In this document: positions 36,687 to 49,900 of the stretch, in pieces
Layout of the letters: every line of letters begins with the position of its first letter
How positions within the stretch are numbered: position 1 is the stretch's first letter
NCBI GenBank assembly: GCA_040285825.1
Contig: JAUPSS010000008.1
Span: 62,001-126,000, forward strand
Source of the DNA: Eukaryota sp. TZLM1-RC
Taxonomy: Eukaryota > Protista > Metamonada: BaSk clade
Reading direction: 5' to 3'
DNA: 64,000 nt
Notes under the pieces: generated by a model
Databases searched by the model: none
Seen by the model: only the letters and a program-made list of their open reading frames with translations
Told to the model about the DNA's origin: nothing
Position numbers and translations under genes: made by a program

Positions 36687-39600
36687 TGATGCTCTATCCA
36701 TATATGATAACAAAGAATAAGGAATAATTTATCAGAATTTCACCGGCCCTTATAAAGGCCATCACTAGTGAACTATGTTATATAAATATAAATGTACTAG
36801 ACTAATTGTCCACAGTACAACACTACCTTTTCCCTCTCTTAGATCTCGAACGAGAGCTACGAGTACTGACTGCAGGGGAATTAGTCTTAGATTTGGAATT
36901 AGAAGATACCTTCCGTTTCCTGGTAGTGTGAGGACTAATAGAGCGCAAATATGTTTGATATGCCTCAGTGCTTTTGACGTCAGCAACTGGGACAGACGAA
37001 GTCTCGCCGCCATACCAAACTGCGGTACAATAAGGAACTTTATTATTGTTCGAATCTACGTAATCAAAGTGATCTATAATTTTAACGATTACAGATTCTT
37101 CCATATCGCCAGCAGCAATATTCTTATGCCAATCAAGATCTTCTTTAGGGAAGTCTGAAAGGTATAGTTTACAATGATTTATACTTGCCGTAGACATCGA
37201 ACCAGTGACAAGATTCTTGAGTAATAAACTTTTATTGGATTTAACTTCTTCAACGAGAAAAGGGCCAGCGAAGCAACCATGGAGTTTACCATTAGTCTTT
37301 AATCGCAAAACTAAGTCACCTTTATTAAAAAGGGTTCCTATGTTTGTTAACTTCAGGCAGTTGTTGAGCTTGCCTGAGCTCTGCCTCTTCTCTCTTCTTT
37401 GAAATCCTTTCAAGTTTTGCTTCAAGATCTTTAACAAAGGGAATATTAACATTAGCTGATTTTATTAATTCAAACATATTACTAGGATCAGCTCTAGGGC
37501 TGTGGTCGCTACCAAACATTAAATTGTAGGGCGAATGACCAGTAACTCTACTAATAGTTGAATTGATTTGAAGTTGTACAATTGGGATATATTCACTCCA
37601 ATTGCTATAATCGCCAGAGTCCACCAAAATCTTTCTTAGACTTTGTAAGATGTCTCTGTGTCGTCTTTCTACTAAACCATTGCTTTGTGAAAAGCTAGTT
37701 AGTGAACGACTTACTTCAATGTTTAATAAATCGCATAACCCTTTGAATATGGTATTTGCAAATTCAATACCATTGTCACTATGATTCAACAGTGGGATAC
37801 CAAAAATTGATACTACACTCCATAGGAGGTGATTGGTTGCCTCCACTGCATTCAATTCCTTTACAGGGCAAATGATCGTATACCTAGTGAACGAATCTAC
37901 GAAAACTATTAAATATTTGAATCCATTATCATCTTGTTGTAATGGTCCAATAGTATCTGCGTTTAATCGTGCAAAAGGTCGATCAGCCCAAAGAGAGCCA
38001 GATGATTCAATGACTTTTTTAGGCACCTGTGCCGTCTTTTGACATGCTGGGCATCTCTTAATATGATTAAGCATGTCTTTGCGCATGTCGGGCCAAAAGT
38101 AATCACTATTGAGTAATTTCTTTACGCTAGTCGTCACACTAGGATGGCCAACATTTGCATGTCCATGAATGATAGTTAAAGTCTGCTTCTTTAAACTATC
38201 TGGGATAACAATCTTCCCACGATTGTTGGTATACAATTGAATATCTGAATTATAATTGTAATCTTTATAATAATCAGGATTTGAATCAACATCTATAAGT
38301 TGTTCTTGCCTAATCTTTGAGATCCAAGTGTCAAATAAATCAAATTTAGTATCCTCAACTGCTTCTTTCAGTGCAGATAAGCTATTGATCGTGGGTAGCT
38401 CAATTGTGGACGGTTGAGTAATATCATCCCTTAACAAATTAACTCTAGTTAATAAATTTAAATAGGGTAATTGTTCTTCAACTCTGTGAGGTGCCAAGTT
38501 TCTCACTTGTTGGACTCGAGGGGTTTTGGGTTTGGTATCAACCAATCTAGACAACATGTCTGCCCAATAATTCTCCTCGCCTGCCGTGTGGACTACATCA
38601 AAATTGAATTCTGACAATATTGGTAGCCACCTCTTCACAATTCTGTTCTTTTCAGGAGCTGATATAAGGTATGCTAAATTTCTATGATCAGTGAAAATAG
38701 TTAATTTCCTCGAAATTAAATAATTTTCTAAACTACTGTCAGTGAGAATTAGTAAAATTGCATACAACTCTTTCTGAAGTACAGACCAATTCTTTTGTGA
38801 AGTTGATAATAATCTGCTAAAGAAGGCAATAGGTACAACCTTTCTCTTAATTAGCGGTGTCGTAGGATCTTTAGGTGGGTTAGCTTCTTGCCATATTACT
38901 CCACCTACAGCCACATCAGACGCATCAGCACTTATTAAAATATGCTTGTCTTCTGAGGGCAATTCAAGAGGGATATTTGCTTTGATAAGATTTATAATCT
39001 TACCAAAAGCCTCGTCATGATCAGAAGTCCACTTGATCTTTGACGGTTTGTTTCTGGTTAATTTGTTGATTGGTTCTATCAAATCAGACAAGTTTGGCAA
39101 CCAGTCACGTATATAATTAATCGAACCTATAAAACTCCTAACCTCAGATAATGTCCTGGGTTTGGGTAGGTTGATCAGTCCCTCAATCCTAGATTCATCT
39201 ATATAACGGGTTTTGTTTACAAAAATACTACCTAGAATTTTTATTTCATGTTTGCAAGTGGTAAAGCTACACTTGGGTAGGCCAAGGTTAACTCTAAAAC
39301 GTTTGGCGCGTTCTAGGACCGTACCTACTCTAGATAGAAATTCATCCAGGGTCGAAGCTACTATTATTATATCATCGATATAAATAAATACGCCCTCAGA
39401 ATCAAATATTTCCATCATCATGTTTTGGAAGACTGCAGGAACGTTCTTCAAACCAAAACAAGCCCTTTTAAAACTGATCGACATCCCGGGAATTGATACG
39501 GTAGTTTTATCAATATCCTCTTCTGCAATTTTGAGCTGCCAAAATGCCTAAAATGCCTTAGGTAAATCTAGAGTTGCTATATAATTAGCTTTACTTAGAA

Positions 39601-42600
39601 ACTCTAAAATGTCGCTAATCCTGGGCAAATTTGCCTCTACAGGTTTAGTTAAATCATTTACTCCACCAATACCACTAAAATCGCCAGTTAATCGTGGTTT
39701 CCTGTGATCAGGGTAAATCACAAGACAGATGGGACTACTGAATTGAGACTTTGCGGGCACAGCAAATCCATTACGGATCAATTCGTTAAAAATTTCCTCG
39801 GCTACCCGTTGTTTTTCTGGGTTTAATCTTCGAGGTTTCCTTTTGACGACCTTACTTTCGTCATAAAATGGAATGGTCATCGGCTGACAATCAATTCCAT
39901 CCGGGTGAGGTAGCCCACTAAATACATTTCTATATTTTTCGAGTAGCACGACTAGGTGTTCCTCGTCCCTAATGTCATCCAGGCATATTCTACAGCCCAA
40001 CTCATCTAACTCATGTCTAAATGTGGAATGCCCAAAATCATTACCTAAGTCTGATTTATTACTCAATTGTTCAATGAATCTAATTGGTTGACAAATTCTA
40101 TTATCGAACTCACATTCAGCATTTAAGATGGTGCGATATTCGCGATCCAAATTAATATTAAAACCGTGCTCCGTGCGTAGCCCCAAGGTTTGTAATAAGT
40201 CTCTTCCGATCAAAAAATTATTGGTACCAGGAATGATCTGGAATTCGATCCTTAAAAACACTTGAGTGGCCAAGCTACCCACATTTAGAGCAAGAACACC
40301 ACTTGCACATCCCAGGGTCGTGGAGCGAATACCATTTGCCGATAAGTATTCGACAGTCTTATTGTCATTAACTGTCATATTACATTTAGAGGCTAAATCC
40401 ATTGATAATGCTGAAAATGCAGCTCCATTATCAATATCGCCTTGTACTTCCACGTTATTTATGGTGCAGGTTAACCAAAGTTCCCCATTAGAACTTTCTT
40501 GGTCCTCTGCTACCCTGGATAGTCTAACACTGTGGATAGAACCCACAGGATTGGATGACTCTCTAAATCTTTTTAATGGATTTAGGTGATTATAATTCGA
40601 ATCTGTTTTGCTCATTTTATAAATGGATTTGATTGAACTATTTGTAAGGTTATTGTTTAAAGATGTATAATCATCTGATTTATTACTACTACTTTTACGT
40701 TTTCTATCACGTCTTTCACCTCCTTGACGCTTTTTTGAACCAGGTCTTCCCACTAATTTAAAACATTTCTCTTCAGGATGTTTATTGGTTTTACATAAGT
40801 TACACCATTGCTCTGAAGGGATGGGTCGACTGCTTACTCTAGGGTTCTTAAAAGGACCTTTTGACTGGCTTCGTCCTTTTTGCGCAGGAGCGTGAGCACC
40901 AAAAGCTGTTCTTATCAAATTCATGTCTTTGATCGAGGATTCAAGGCTATTGACCTTGTTAACAAATGCGTTACCTAAATCGTAAATCGCATCGCCCAGT
41001 TTCTCGTTACTTGAATCAAACTTGCCAATCCAAATGATATATGTGTCCATCAATTGATTGTTTGTTTTGTCGTTAATAGTTTCGAGAAATCTCTTTGCTG
41101 GGTAGACGACAGACGGATTACCATCCGTTCCAGGCATAATTGTAGAGCGTCGAATTATATATATGATCTGCTCTATGAAGGCTGTCCACGAAGATTCAGC
41201 AGTCATTTTGCGACTGATCTCAGGTGGTCTTACAGACCTTAAAGCCTTCTCAACATCGGTAGGGTATTTGTACTGGGTGCTGAGTAGCAAATATTCCCAG
41301 ATTTCGGCGTCAGATGGGTTGTTGCCTAACACGTTTGTTCGGCCTCCATAAAAACTCTGCCATTCTGCGATGACCTTACCCTCAATCATAAATCTCAAAT
41401 ACAAAGGGTCCACTTCGAAGAACATAGATCTAACGAAGTCGTACTGATGAACAGGTTGACCGTATTTGGTGATCGGCGTAAAAGCTCTGGTGGGTCCATC
41501 GCGATCCCTAACTGTTTTAGCCCAATTGCCAAAGTTAAGAACGAAGTCGAAGATCTTCTTGGCGTCAAACGCTTCATTTAACTTAACTAGGCATCTCAGT
41601 TTGTCGTCTATTCTTTTCCTCAATTTCTCCTCGTCTGTTACAGGAGTTCTATAAAGACCGAGGGTGTCGACGAGAGAATCTCTAGGAGCATTCGTTCCTA
41701 GGGGTTGCGTGGGTATAGATGATTTTATAACAGATGCTTGTGTAGGAGTTGCTTCACACGAAGCTCTCCTAGATGCCAGAGGCCCTACAGAAGGTGTACT
41801 ATATAGGTTCATATTCCTCTCTTCTGAAGGCAATGTTTCGCCCAACTTAATGATAAATCTTGTCTTAGGAGGTTCCTCCTGCACAGGTACAGTCTGGGCT
41901 GGTGGTCTTAAATCCACCCAATCTGGTGCATCTTTAGATCCTCTAGGGACCCCTGCTAGTTTATGATCATATGGAAGGCAACTGCTCTTTATTAAGACAT
42001 TCTCAAAAACATTTTGGTCGGGCTAGCTATCAACCCATGCCTTAAGTTTAGCCATCCATGCATCAGGGTATACTAGTTTTAACTTGTTGGGGCCAACACG
42101 TTGCTCTTTCAATTCAATTACCCTAGTGTCTATTTCTCTAATATAGGACTCTTTGGTATGAAATTGAAGGGTGTCACCTCGAGATTCATCGAATCTGCCC
42201 CCAAGCATAACAAGAATGTCCGCAATGGAATCTTTTGGGTGTACATTCTCCACTAGGAAATGCCTTACGACGCCTCTAAGGTTTCTACCTTGTTGATTAT
42301 GAGGATACATTTTAGCTATCGAAAATAGTCTGTCGTAAGCTTCTTGATTTCCACTGAAATATATTTTGTGGTCATCAATTGCATCCCTATGCCATTTGGC
42401 AGGCCTGGGAGTAGCAGCTTGATACTTTGAACGAGGTGCGCTAAAATAGCAATCCTCGACTGCACTCATTCCACACGAGACTGCCGAATCGGTAAGATCA
42501 TCCAATCTCTTTAAAAGATTTGGACTTTGATCATAACTCTCGTAGACGACGTCGTCAAGTGTTTTGCCGTGGGCTTCCCCAAAGAGGAAGGGCCAACGTT

Positions 42601-43604
42601 TCGCTAAATAGTCACGTCGCACCTTCTCACATTCGGCTGGGTCTACGTCTCCCGCAAGACGCTCTGACTCATTCTCAGCCATTTTTAATAATTCGTCATC
42701 ACTCCAATCCAGTATATCTTCGGGAGGATTGGCGATGAGGTCCAATAAGAAATCTCTAGTTACAGCCTCAACTGCCTTTGCTAATTTCCTGCGGTAAAGA
42801 CCCTGAGAAGTCCTTTCCGTAGATGGGAAACTAGGAGTTGGATTAGGAGGATTGGGTGTATGAGGTGGTTCATCATCGCTCTCATCCCCTCTCCTGCTGT
42901 AGTTCTGATTAAGAGATCCTCTGGAATCATTTTGAGGTTCCTCACTTGAGCTGATGTCAGAAGTAGGTGAGGAGGGAGTTTTACGTGAGGAGCCAGTCGT
43001 AGACTGTTGCTCGCCTTCACCTCCTTCACCTTCTGTACAAGCGTCAGATTTGGTACTTACAACAAACGCTTTGAATCTCCGTTGCTCGCTCGGAGTGAGA
43101 AAACTCTTCCTACAAGGAAGGAGCTCCGAGGAGTTGTCGGGGTATGTGTACAGTTCTGACACATCAACAACGTGGTTACCTCTCTCCGTATTAGGGAGGT
43201 GACTTCCTTTCTGGGAGGTAGGGCTCTCCTCAGTGCGAAGTTCACTCTCCTTATTGGGGAGGTGGCTTTCTTTCTGAGAGGCAATGCTCTTCTCAGCGGA
43301 AAGCTCACTCTCCTTTGGAGGATTACTCTTCCCGAAGGAAGGATTACTCTCCGTAAGTGGAGGATTACTCACCGAGGGCGGTGGATTGTTCTCCTTCAAA
43401 GAAGGGACATTACTCTTCCTCATAGAGGAAGGAGGGTTATCATTGTGGCTATTCAAGCCATTAATTAATGATGCTCTATCCATATATGATAACAAAGAAT
43501 AAGGAATAATTTATCAGAATTTCACCGGCCCTTATAAAGGCCATCACTAGTGAACTATGTTATATAAATATAAATGTACTAGACTAATTGTCCACAGTAC
43601 AACA
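36687..43604 (-). mobile_element. Full-length Ty3/Gypsy LTR retrotransposon, 6918 bp, chromovirus-like
   Basis: Identical 136-bp LTRs at 36687-36822 and 43469-43604, CTCT TSD, PPT AAGAGAGGGAAAAGGTAG, domain order gag-PR-RT-RH-IN. Confidence 0.97.
36823..43495 (-). pseudogene. Gag-Pol polyprotein frame with two in-frame TAGs (42023, 39548) and one frameshift (about 37327)
   Basis: CNLCKTNKHPEEKC, DIDNGA, YIDD, ADASD, HGH..H..CPAC, ADTIGP, SDNG, VERRH, GPF plus chromodomain-like tail. Confidence 0.92.
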
Positions 43605-44134
43605 CTCTGTTGTCAAATCTGTTTGATACTGAAGATGATTTTCTTAAGATTATCAGAGTTGATGTCTTATTACCTGGATTAGATGGAACCTTCTTTTTAT
43701 TGGATGTAATGTCTGTTGATCCTTGTAATGCCTCAAATGAAAGGCTTGTTAATTCTGAAATCCATAATCCTCTTTCAAATGCTGATAATTTCAAAATGAA
43801 AAAATACAATGAACCTTTGTCCACATTGTCCAGCCAACAGCATGCAAAATACAATTTGTATCCATTTGTATTTTCCCTTTTTGGATCACTTGCACCAACT
43901 GCTTTACGTTTTTTGGATGATTTTGAAATGATTGTAAAGAGAAGAACTGGCAGAAATTTCAACAGGTTGTTTTGGCAAAATAGAATTGTGTTTTCTATTT
44001 TTAAGGGGATGTTAAAGATGGTTTCTGATGCTTTGCTTTCTCTTGGATCTCACTATGAGAGAGTTGCATCTAGTGTTTTTGTTTTGGGAGAGATGGATTA
44101 TTTAGATGTTGATTTGTAAGTTTTCAAATTTTTC

Positions 44135-46368
44135 AACCAAATATTATCTGGTCAACGCAAGTACCCAGAAGAATTAAGAAGTTCTCGTTTGACTGCACTT
44201 GTCAAAAATTCAAAAATGGATGTTCGTCCTATTGCAGTCTCTGAGAGCTTACATAATATTTTTTCTGCGTGTTGCTTAAGCAGGTTCAATGAAAAAGCTA
44301 AAAAGATTTTATTACCCTTTCAATATGGTATAAATACTACAGATGGAGTCTCTTCAGCGATTTTTGCTACTGATGTCTTATTTCGTCAAAATGAATCCAA
44401 TGTTTGCATGTCATTGGATTTTAGTAATGCTTTCAATTCGCTAAGTCGTCGCAGTATCCATGGTACTCTATTGCAATATATGCCAGAATTAATACCATAT
44501 TTTCAATCAACATATTGCACATATTCTAATTTACATTTTGGTAACAACATTTTGATTTCATCAAGTGGCGTAAAGCAAGGAGATCCGTTAGGACCTCTTT
44601 TGTTTTGTTTGGCCATTCATCCTATTCTACTGCAAATTCAAGAGATGTTTCCTTCACTAAAAATGATTGCATATATGGATGATGTTGTGCTTATTGGTGA
44701 ATTAAATATTGTGAAAAAAGCAACTGTATGTTTTAAAGAATTATTTACCAAAATTGGTCTCCGACTTAATTTACCTAAATGTGTTTTGTTATCGAATTCT
44801 CCAGTTTCCACAATAATTGATGATATTGAAATTCAAGCCAAATTATATTCAATTGATGCTATTCGTCATTTGGGTTCGTTTTTAGGAAATAATGATGAAA
44901 TTACCAAAAAATTGTTTGAAAAGTTGAACTCAATTTCTGACAAAATTGACCGAATGATGAATTTAGATATAAAAAAACACATCAAATTTACCATTATAAG
45001 ACTGTGTTTTAGTTCCAATTTTAATCATATATTTCGATCTACAAATCCTCTCGTCACTAGACCTTTGGCTCAAAAGTTTAATGAGTTACGTGCAAAAGTT
45101 CTGTCTCAATTACTGGGATGTAAAATGTTTCAAATTCCAGATCATGCTTACCTTAGTCCACAATATGGTGGTTTAGGGTGGACGAAGGCTTCTATTCTTA
45201 CCTCGTGTGCTTTTGTGGGTGGATGCAGAAATGCAATCTTTGAGTTCTCCGAAAGATTTGCAGATTGGGAAGATTTATTGATGACAACGCAAAGTTCCAC
45301 TGTTTTTGCATTAAATGAAGAAATTTCAAGAATTGATGTAGAAAAATGGGGTCGATGTTTTCCCCAATCATTCAATGGCAATATTCCAGAAAAAAATGTT
45401 TTAAATTTGAAGTACACTCTTCGAACATTACAGAAAAGATTGACTGGAATGTATGAAAAAGATCTTTATAATAATATTTGCAGCTCGGCTGTTTTAAATC
45501 AAGATCTTCACTCATTGTTATTGGAAAAGGGTGTTTGTGAAAACAAGGTGTCAGATTCTTCACTTTTTGTAACCATTGTACCACGAAGATTTGGATTGTG
45601 TGCTACTAATGAAGCATTTGTAACAAAAATGAGTTTATATTTGAACATCCCCATTAACCAATTATTATCAAAAGAAAAATGTATTTGTTCGAATTCACCT
45701 CAACTCACTTTGCGCCATGCTCTAAATTGCTCTAAATTGATAACTTATCGTTCTTCATTACATGATGCTGTTAGAGACACTGTTTTCAATATGGCACAAA
45801 CTGCAAGGATATCGTGTATCAAAGAGCCCCTGCTGAAAGAAACACTTTCTCTGAATAATTTTAGTTCTGATGATAGAGGTGATGTATACTGTGATTGGAT
45901 TGATAATTCTGAAGCTATTGTTGACTTTGTCTCATGTAATGTTGCAAACGATACTTTGGTTCACAGAAGAAAACTTAATCCTGTGGCTGCTCTGGATTTT
46001 TAAAGCAAAAGAAAAACATAGAAAATATGATAAAGAAATTGAAGATGCAAATATCGATAGAAATACACAGCTGGTTTTTATTGCTTTTCCATTTTCGATA
46101 AATGGAAGATTATCAGTTGAAGCAGAAACTTTTTGGATGACTTCCAAAAAAATGGTGAAAGAAAAAACAATGAAAAGATTTGATATTTTTTTATGGCGTT
46201 CACGGATTCAATTTGCCATTATTAATAGATTACCGCGGTTTTTCAATCGAATTAGAAAAACTTTAGCTAGACAGCAAGCAAATCAAGATTTTGTAGAGGA
46301 AATCTTGGTTTAATGATAGTCGTCCCATTAGTTATGATTTAATTTAATCAAGTGTGCAAATTCAATAA
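44135..46368 (+). mobile_element. Family A non-LTR, 5'-truncated, nearly intact frame
   Basis: ORF 44189..46003 (RPIAV, QYG, LDFSNAFNS, QGDPLGP, YMDD, CCHC) and the family 3' UTR. Confidence 0.93.
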
Positions 46369-46389
46369 ATTAATAAAGTTTTCTAATAA

Positions 46390-46750
46390 ATAAATATATG
46401 TCAAAAAGATCTGACATTCAACTTTTACTCAAACTTGAGAAACTTTCCAAGAAATCAAAATACGAACCCTTTCTACAACATCTCAATGGAGCAAGAGGCA
46501 GAAACTTCAAATTTGTTTCAATTGCTATTTCAATTTTTCGTACTATTGGAACTGGAGGTCTGAATTTTTTGGATGGTTTAGGAAAACTTTTCAAAGAAAG
46601 TGGTCGTACATTCGAATTATTGATTTGGAGAACAGATTTGTATTTTCCTTATGAAAAGCCCTTCCTCGTTGTATTAACTCCATTTTGAATAAGATCACAG
46701 AGTTTTATGACAAGCGAGTTGCTATGCAAGTGAATAGCGAAAATCTTCCG
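46390..46750 (+). mobile_element. Non-LTR family D endonuclease C-terminal remnant
   Basis: KKSKYEP..FKFVSIAISIF..IG..GLNFL..IWR parallels the C-termini of families A-C. Confidence 0.6.
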
Positions 46751-46933
46751 TCTTTCAATTGTTGGGGTTTGAGTAGGTAAGATCATTAGTTGAGGTTTTT
46801 GGTTGAGTTTTAAAAGGTCTGTTCCAGGAGTAAATTTTATTAGTTTTGAAAAGATCAACTTGATTCATTTCATCTTCATATTCCACTAAGTTCAACGGGT
46901 TACTACTATTTGACATTTTTGTGCTGCTAGCCG

Positions 46934-49900
46934 ATGTCTTCTTCAGAATATTCACAATATGACTATCTTTATGATTATGAAACCTACGACTCCGACAATT
47001 CTTCTGACAGCGATGATAGTTCTGTCTCAACACCACTTAACCTTTCAAGTCCATGTCTCAGTGATGCTGAGAACTGGTCTATAGAACGTATAATAACGTT
47101 TCGTATTAATCCTGACAAGACGAAGGAATACCTTGTCAAATTCGAAAATACTTCTTACTTACACTCCAAATGGCTTTCTTCTCGTAGAGTACGGGAACTA
47201 TCAGAACAAAAGCTGCGAAACTTTAACAAAAAGGTTGGAGACGATCCTCAAGCTCTTCATGGTGACCCTGACTATGCTATTCGCCAAGAATGGTTGGAAA
47301 TTGATAGAATTATTGACATTGATCTTGATGAACTTGCCGAACCACAGTATCTTATCAAATGGTGTTACCTTCCATATGAAGATTGTACTTGGGAGTTGAA
47401 AAGCGAGTATATTGCCAGTGGTGGTGACGTCAGCAGACTGAAGAAGTCCATTGACCTTTACTATCTTTTTGAGCGCCTGGCCTGGACTAGAAACCTGGAC
47501 TCACCACTTGATTCTTCAACAAATCTCCCTCCAATTACTCAGTCTCCAACTTTTGTTAACGGTAAACTCTTTCCTTATCAAATAGAAGGAGTTGATTGGC
47601 TTCGGAGTTGCTTTCTTTCGCAACGTAATTGTATTTTGGCCGATGAAATGGGATTAGGCAAGACAATTCAATGTATTACTTATTTAGCTTCTTTATCTCA
47701 ACTGAATCACTTTGGACCGTATCTGTTAGTTGTTCCCCTAAGTACTATAGGCAATTGGGAAATTGAACTTAAAAAATGGATTCCAAGTTATTATTATGTT
47801 TCCTTTATGGGAAGTGCATCTTCAAGAAAAGTGATTATTGATTATGATTGGTTGACTAGGCTTGACCCACCTTCCGAATTGAGTAATAATGACATCATCA
47901 AGATCAAAACAAAGGCATGTTTTAAATATTCTCGACCAATCAAATTTAACATTGTTCTGACTGCATATGACCAAATTATTAATAATTCCGCATTATTTAA
48001 AAAAATTAATTGGACATCTATTATTGTAGATGAAGCTCATAGACTCAAAAACAATCAATCAAAATTATTTAGAACTCTTTCCCAATTCACTTCGTTACAT
48101 ACTGTATTGTTGACTGGAACTCCTTTACAAAACACATTGGAAGAGCTGTTCAACTTACTTCACTTTCTCAATCCTGAATCTTTTGATTGTGGGGTAGAAG
48201 AAACTGACAGACTGCGACAGGCTTTTATTGAAAATGATGAAGAACAGATTGAAAATTTTAAATTAAAATTCACAGCAGGCTCTTTAAAAGATAGGCTAAA
48301 GGGAATGTTGTTACGAAGGACAAAATCTGATGTGAAATTAAAGATTCCACCAAAAATAGAACGACTGGTCAAGATAGATTTAACACCGTGGCAACAGTAT
48401 CTTTATAGAGCAGTGTTGACCAAGAATTACCCTGCTCTGAGTGGTGCAATTGATGCAGGAAGAGTCTCCCTTGGAAAGTCGGGAAAAAGGTCAAAAGCAT
48501 CACTTCAAAATGTGGCGATGCAATTGTTAAAGGTGTGTAATCATTCTTTTTTGGTTGATCCCGATCTTTCAGTAACAGATGGTGACGTTGTTGGTGACAT
48601 TAGCAGTCAAGAGAAGTCCCTTGACGATGATACCTTTCGAAGATTGGTTCAAGCCAGTGGAAAACTTTTACTTTTACACAATATGTTACCCATTCTTTTA
48701 GCCCCTGGAAAAGACGGTAAACCCAAACACAGAGTACTAATATTTAGTCAATTAGTTATGATGTTGGATATAATTGCAGAGTTTTTGAATCACCAAGAAA
48801 TTTTATTTGAAAGGTTAGATGGATCCATTGATAAAAGCGAAAGACAGCGTGCCATTGACAGGTTCAACTCTCCTGATTCAAACTGTCATGTCTTTTTGCT
48901 CTCAACACTAGCAGGTGGCCTTGGAATTAACTTGGCTTCCGCCGACACTGTCGTCTTGTTTGACTCTCAATGGAATCCTCACCATGACCTTCAAGCTTTA
49001 TCTAGAGCTCATAGAATTGGACAAGAGAATTGTGTCTTGGTTTTAAGATTGATTACAACTAATTCCTTAGAGGAAAGAATAATTGAGGTAGGAAAGAAAA
49101 AGTTAGCATTGGAGAATGTAGTTGAAGCAGCACATAGTAAGTCTAGAAGTCAATCAAATCGATTGACTCTAACTGACTTTGATGATGTGATCAAACATGG
49201 GGCTTCTGATATATTTTCCAAGACAAATTCAATTAGATCAATGAATATTGAAGATGATTTAAAATTGAACTTTTCTGAAGAACAGTTCACCAAACCTTGT
49301 TCTAATGGAAAAGTCTTGACCTTCAAAGACTATCAGAATTTACTTGACCGCTCAATAGGACATGATAGCAATGAAGAAATCATTTTTGATAAATCAACTA
49401 CCATTCAAGCAGGAATGGAAACTTCTTCTGATTTCAATTTCTGGGATGTTTTGCTCAAAGAATCTTATGAATCTTCAGTTAAAGATGAACTAGAATCACT
49501 TGGGAAAGGGCAACGCACTGCTGGAAAGGCGGTTGATTATAATGTAAGCAATCAACTCAGCAGTTCTGACAGTGATTCTGATCATTATGATACCGACTCT
49601 GATGGTTGTCTTGAAATGCTGATGGAAGAAACCCCTGAAAGGTTAAGTAAAATTTACAAACTTTTCGACTATGAATTACCTAGTAAGATTTACCTTTATG
49701 AAGAAGATGAGAAAACAATTGTTGGCTTGTCGGAAAAAGAACGTTATGCTTTTGAACAACTTCTTTTGCGTTTTGGAATTTCAACAAAAGCTAGCTTACT
49801 GAAAATGATTAGAAGTAGTCCACATCTGACAAAAACAGACTCAACGCTATTAATAACTTATGCTCAATGTTTATGTCGATATAGTAGTTTGTTACTAATT

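Larger units (their letters stand above)
36088..44130 (+). mobile_element. Non-LTR family C 3' part, split by the Gypsy insertion (pieces 36088-36686 and 43605-44130)
   Basis: Removing the insertion and one CTCT restores ..HDAVRD..ESFLEPLLSNLFD..RVD..LDV. Confidence 0.88.

Noticed and set aside
36823-43495. Stop-codon reassignment (TAG read as sense)
   Set aside because: Host genes end in TAG (cyclase, lipase, CHD), TAA and TGA at sensible positions, and one internal TAG arises from a 9-bp duplication.
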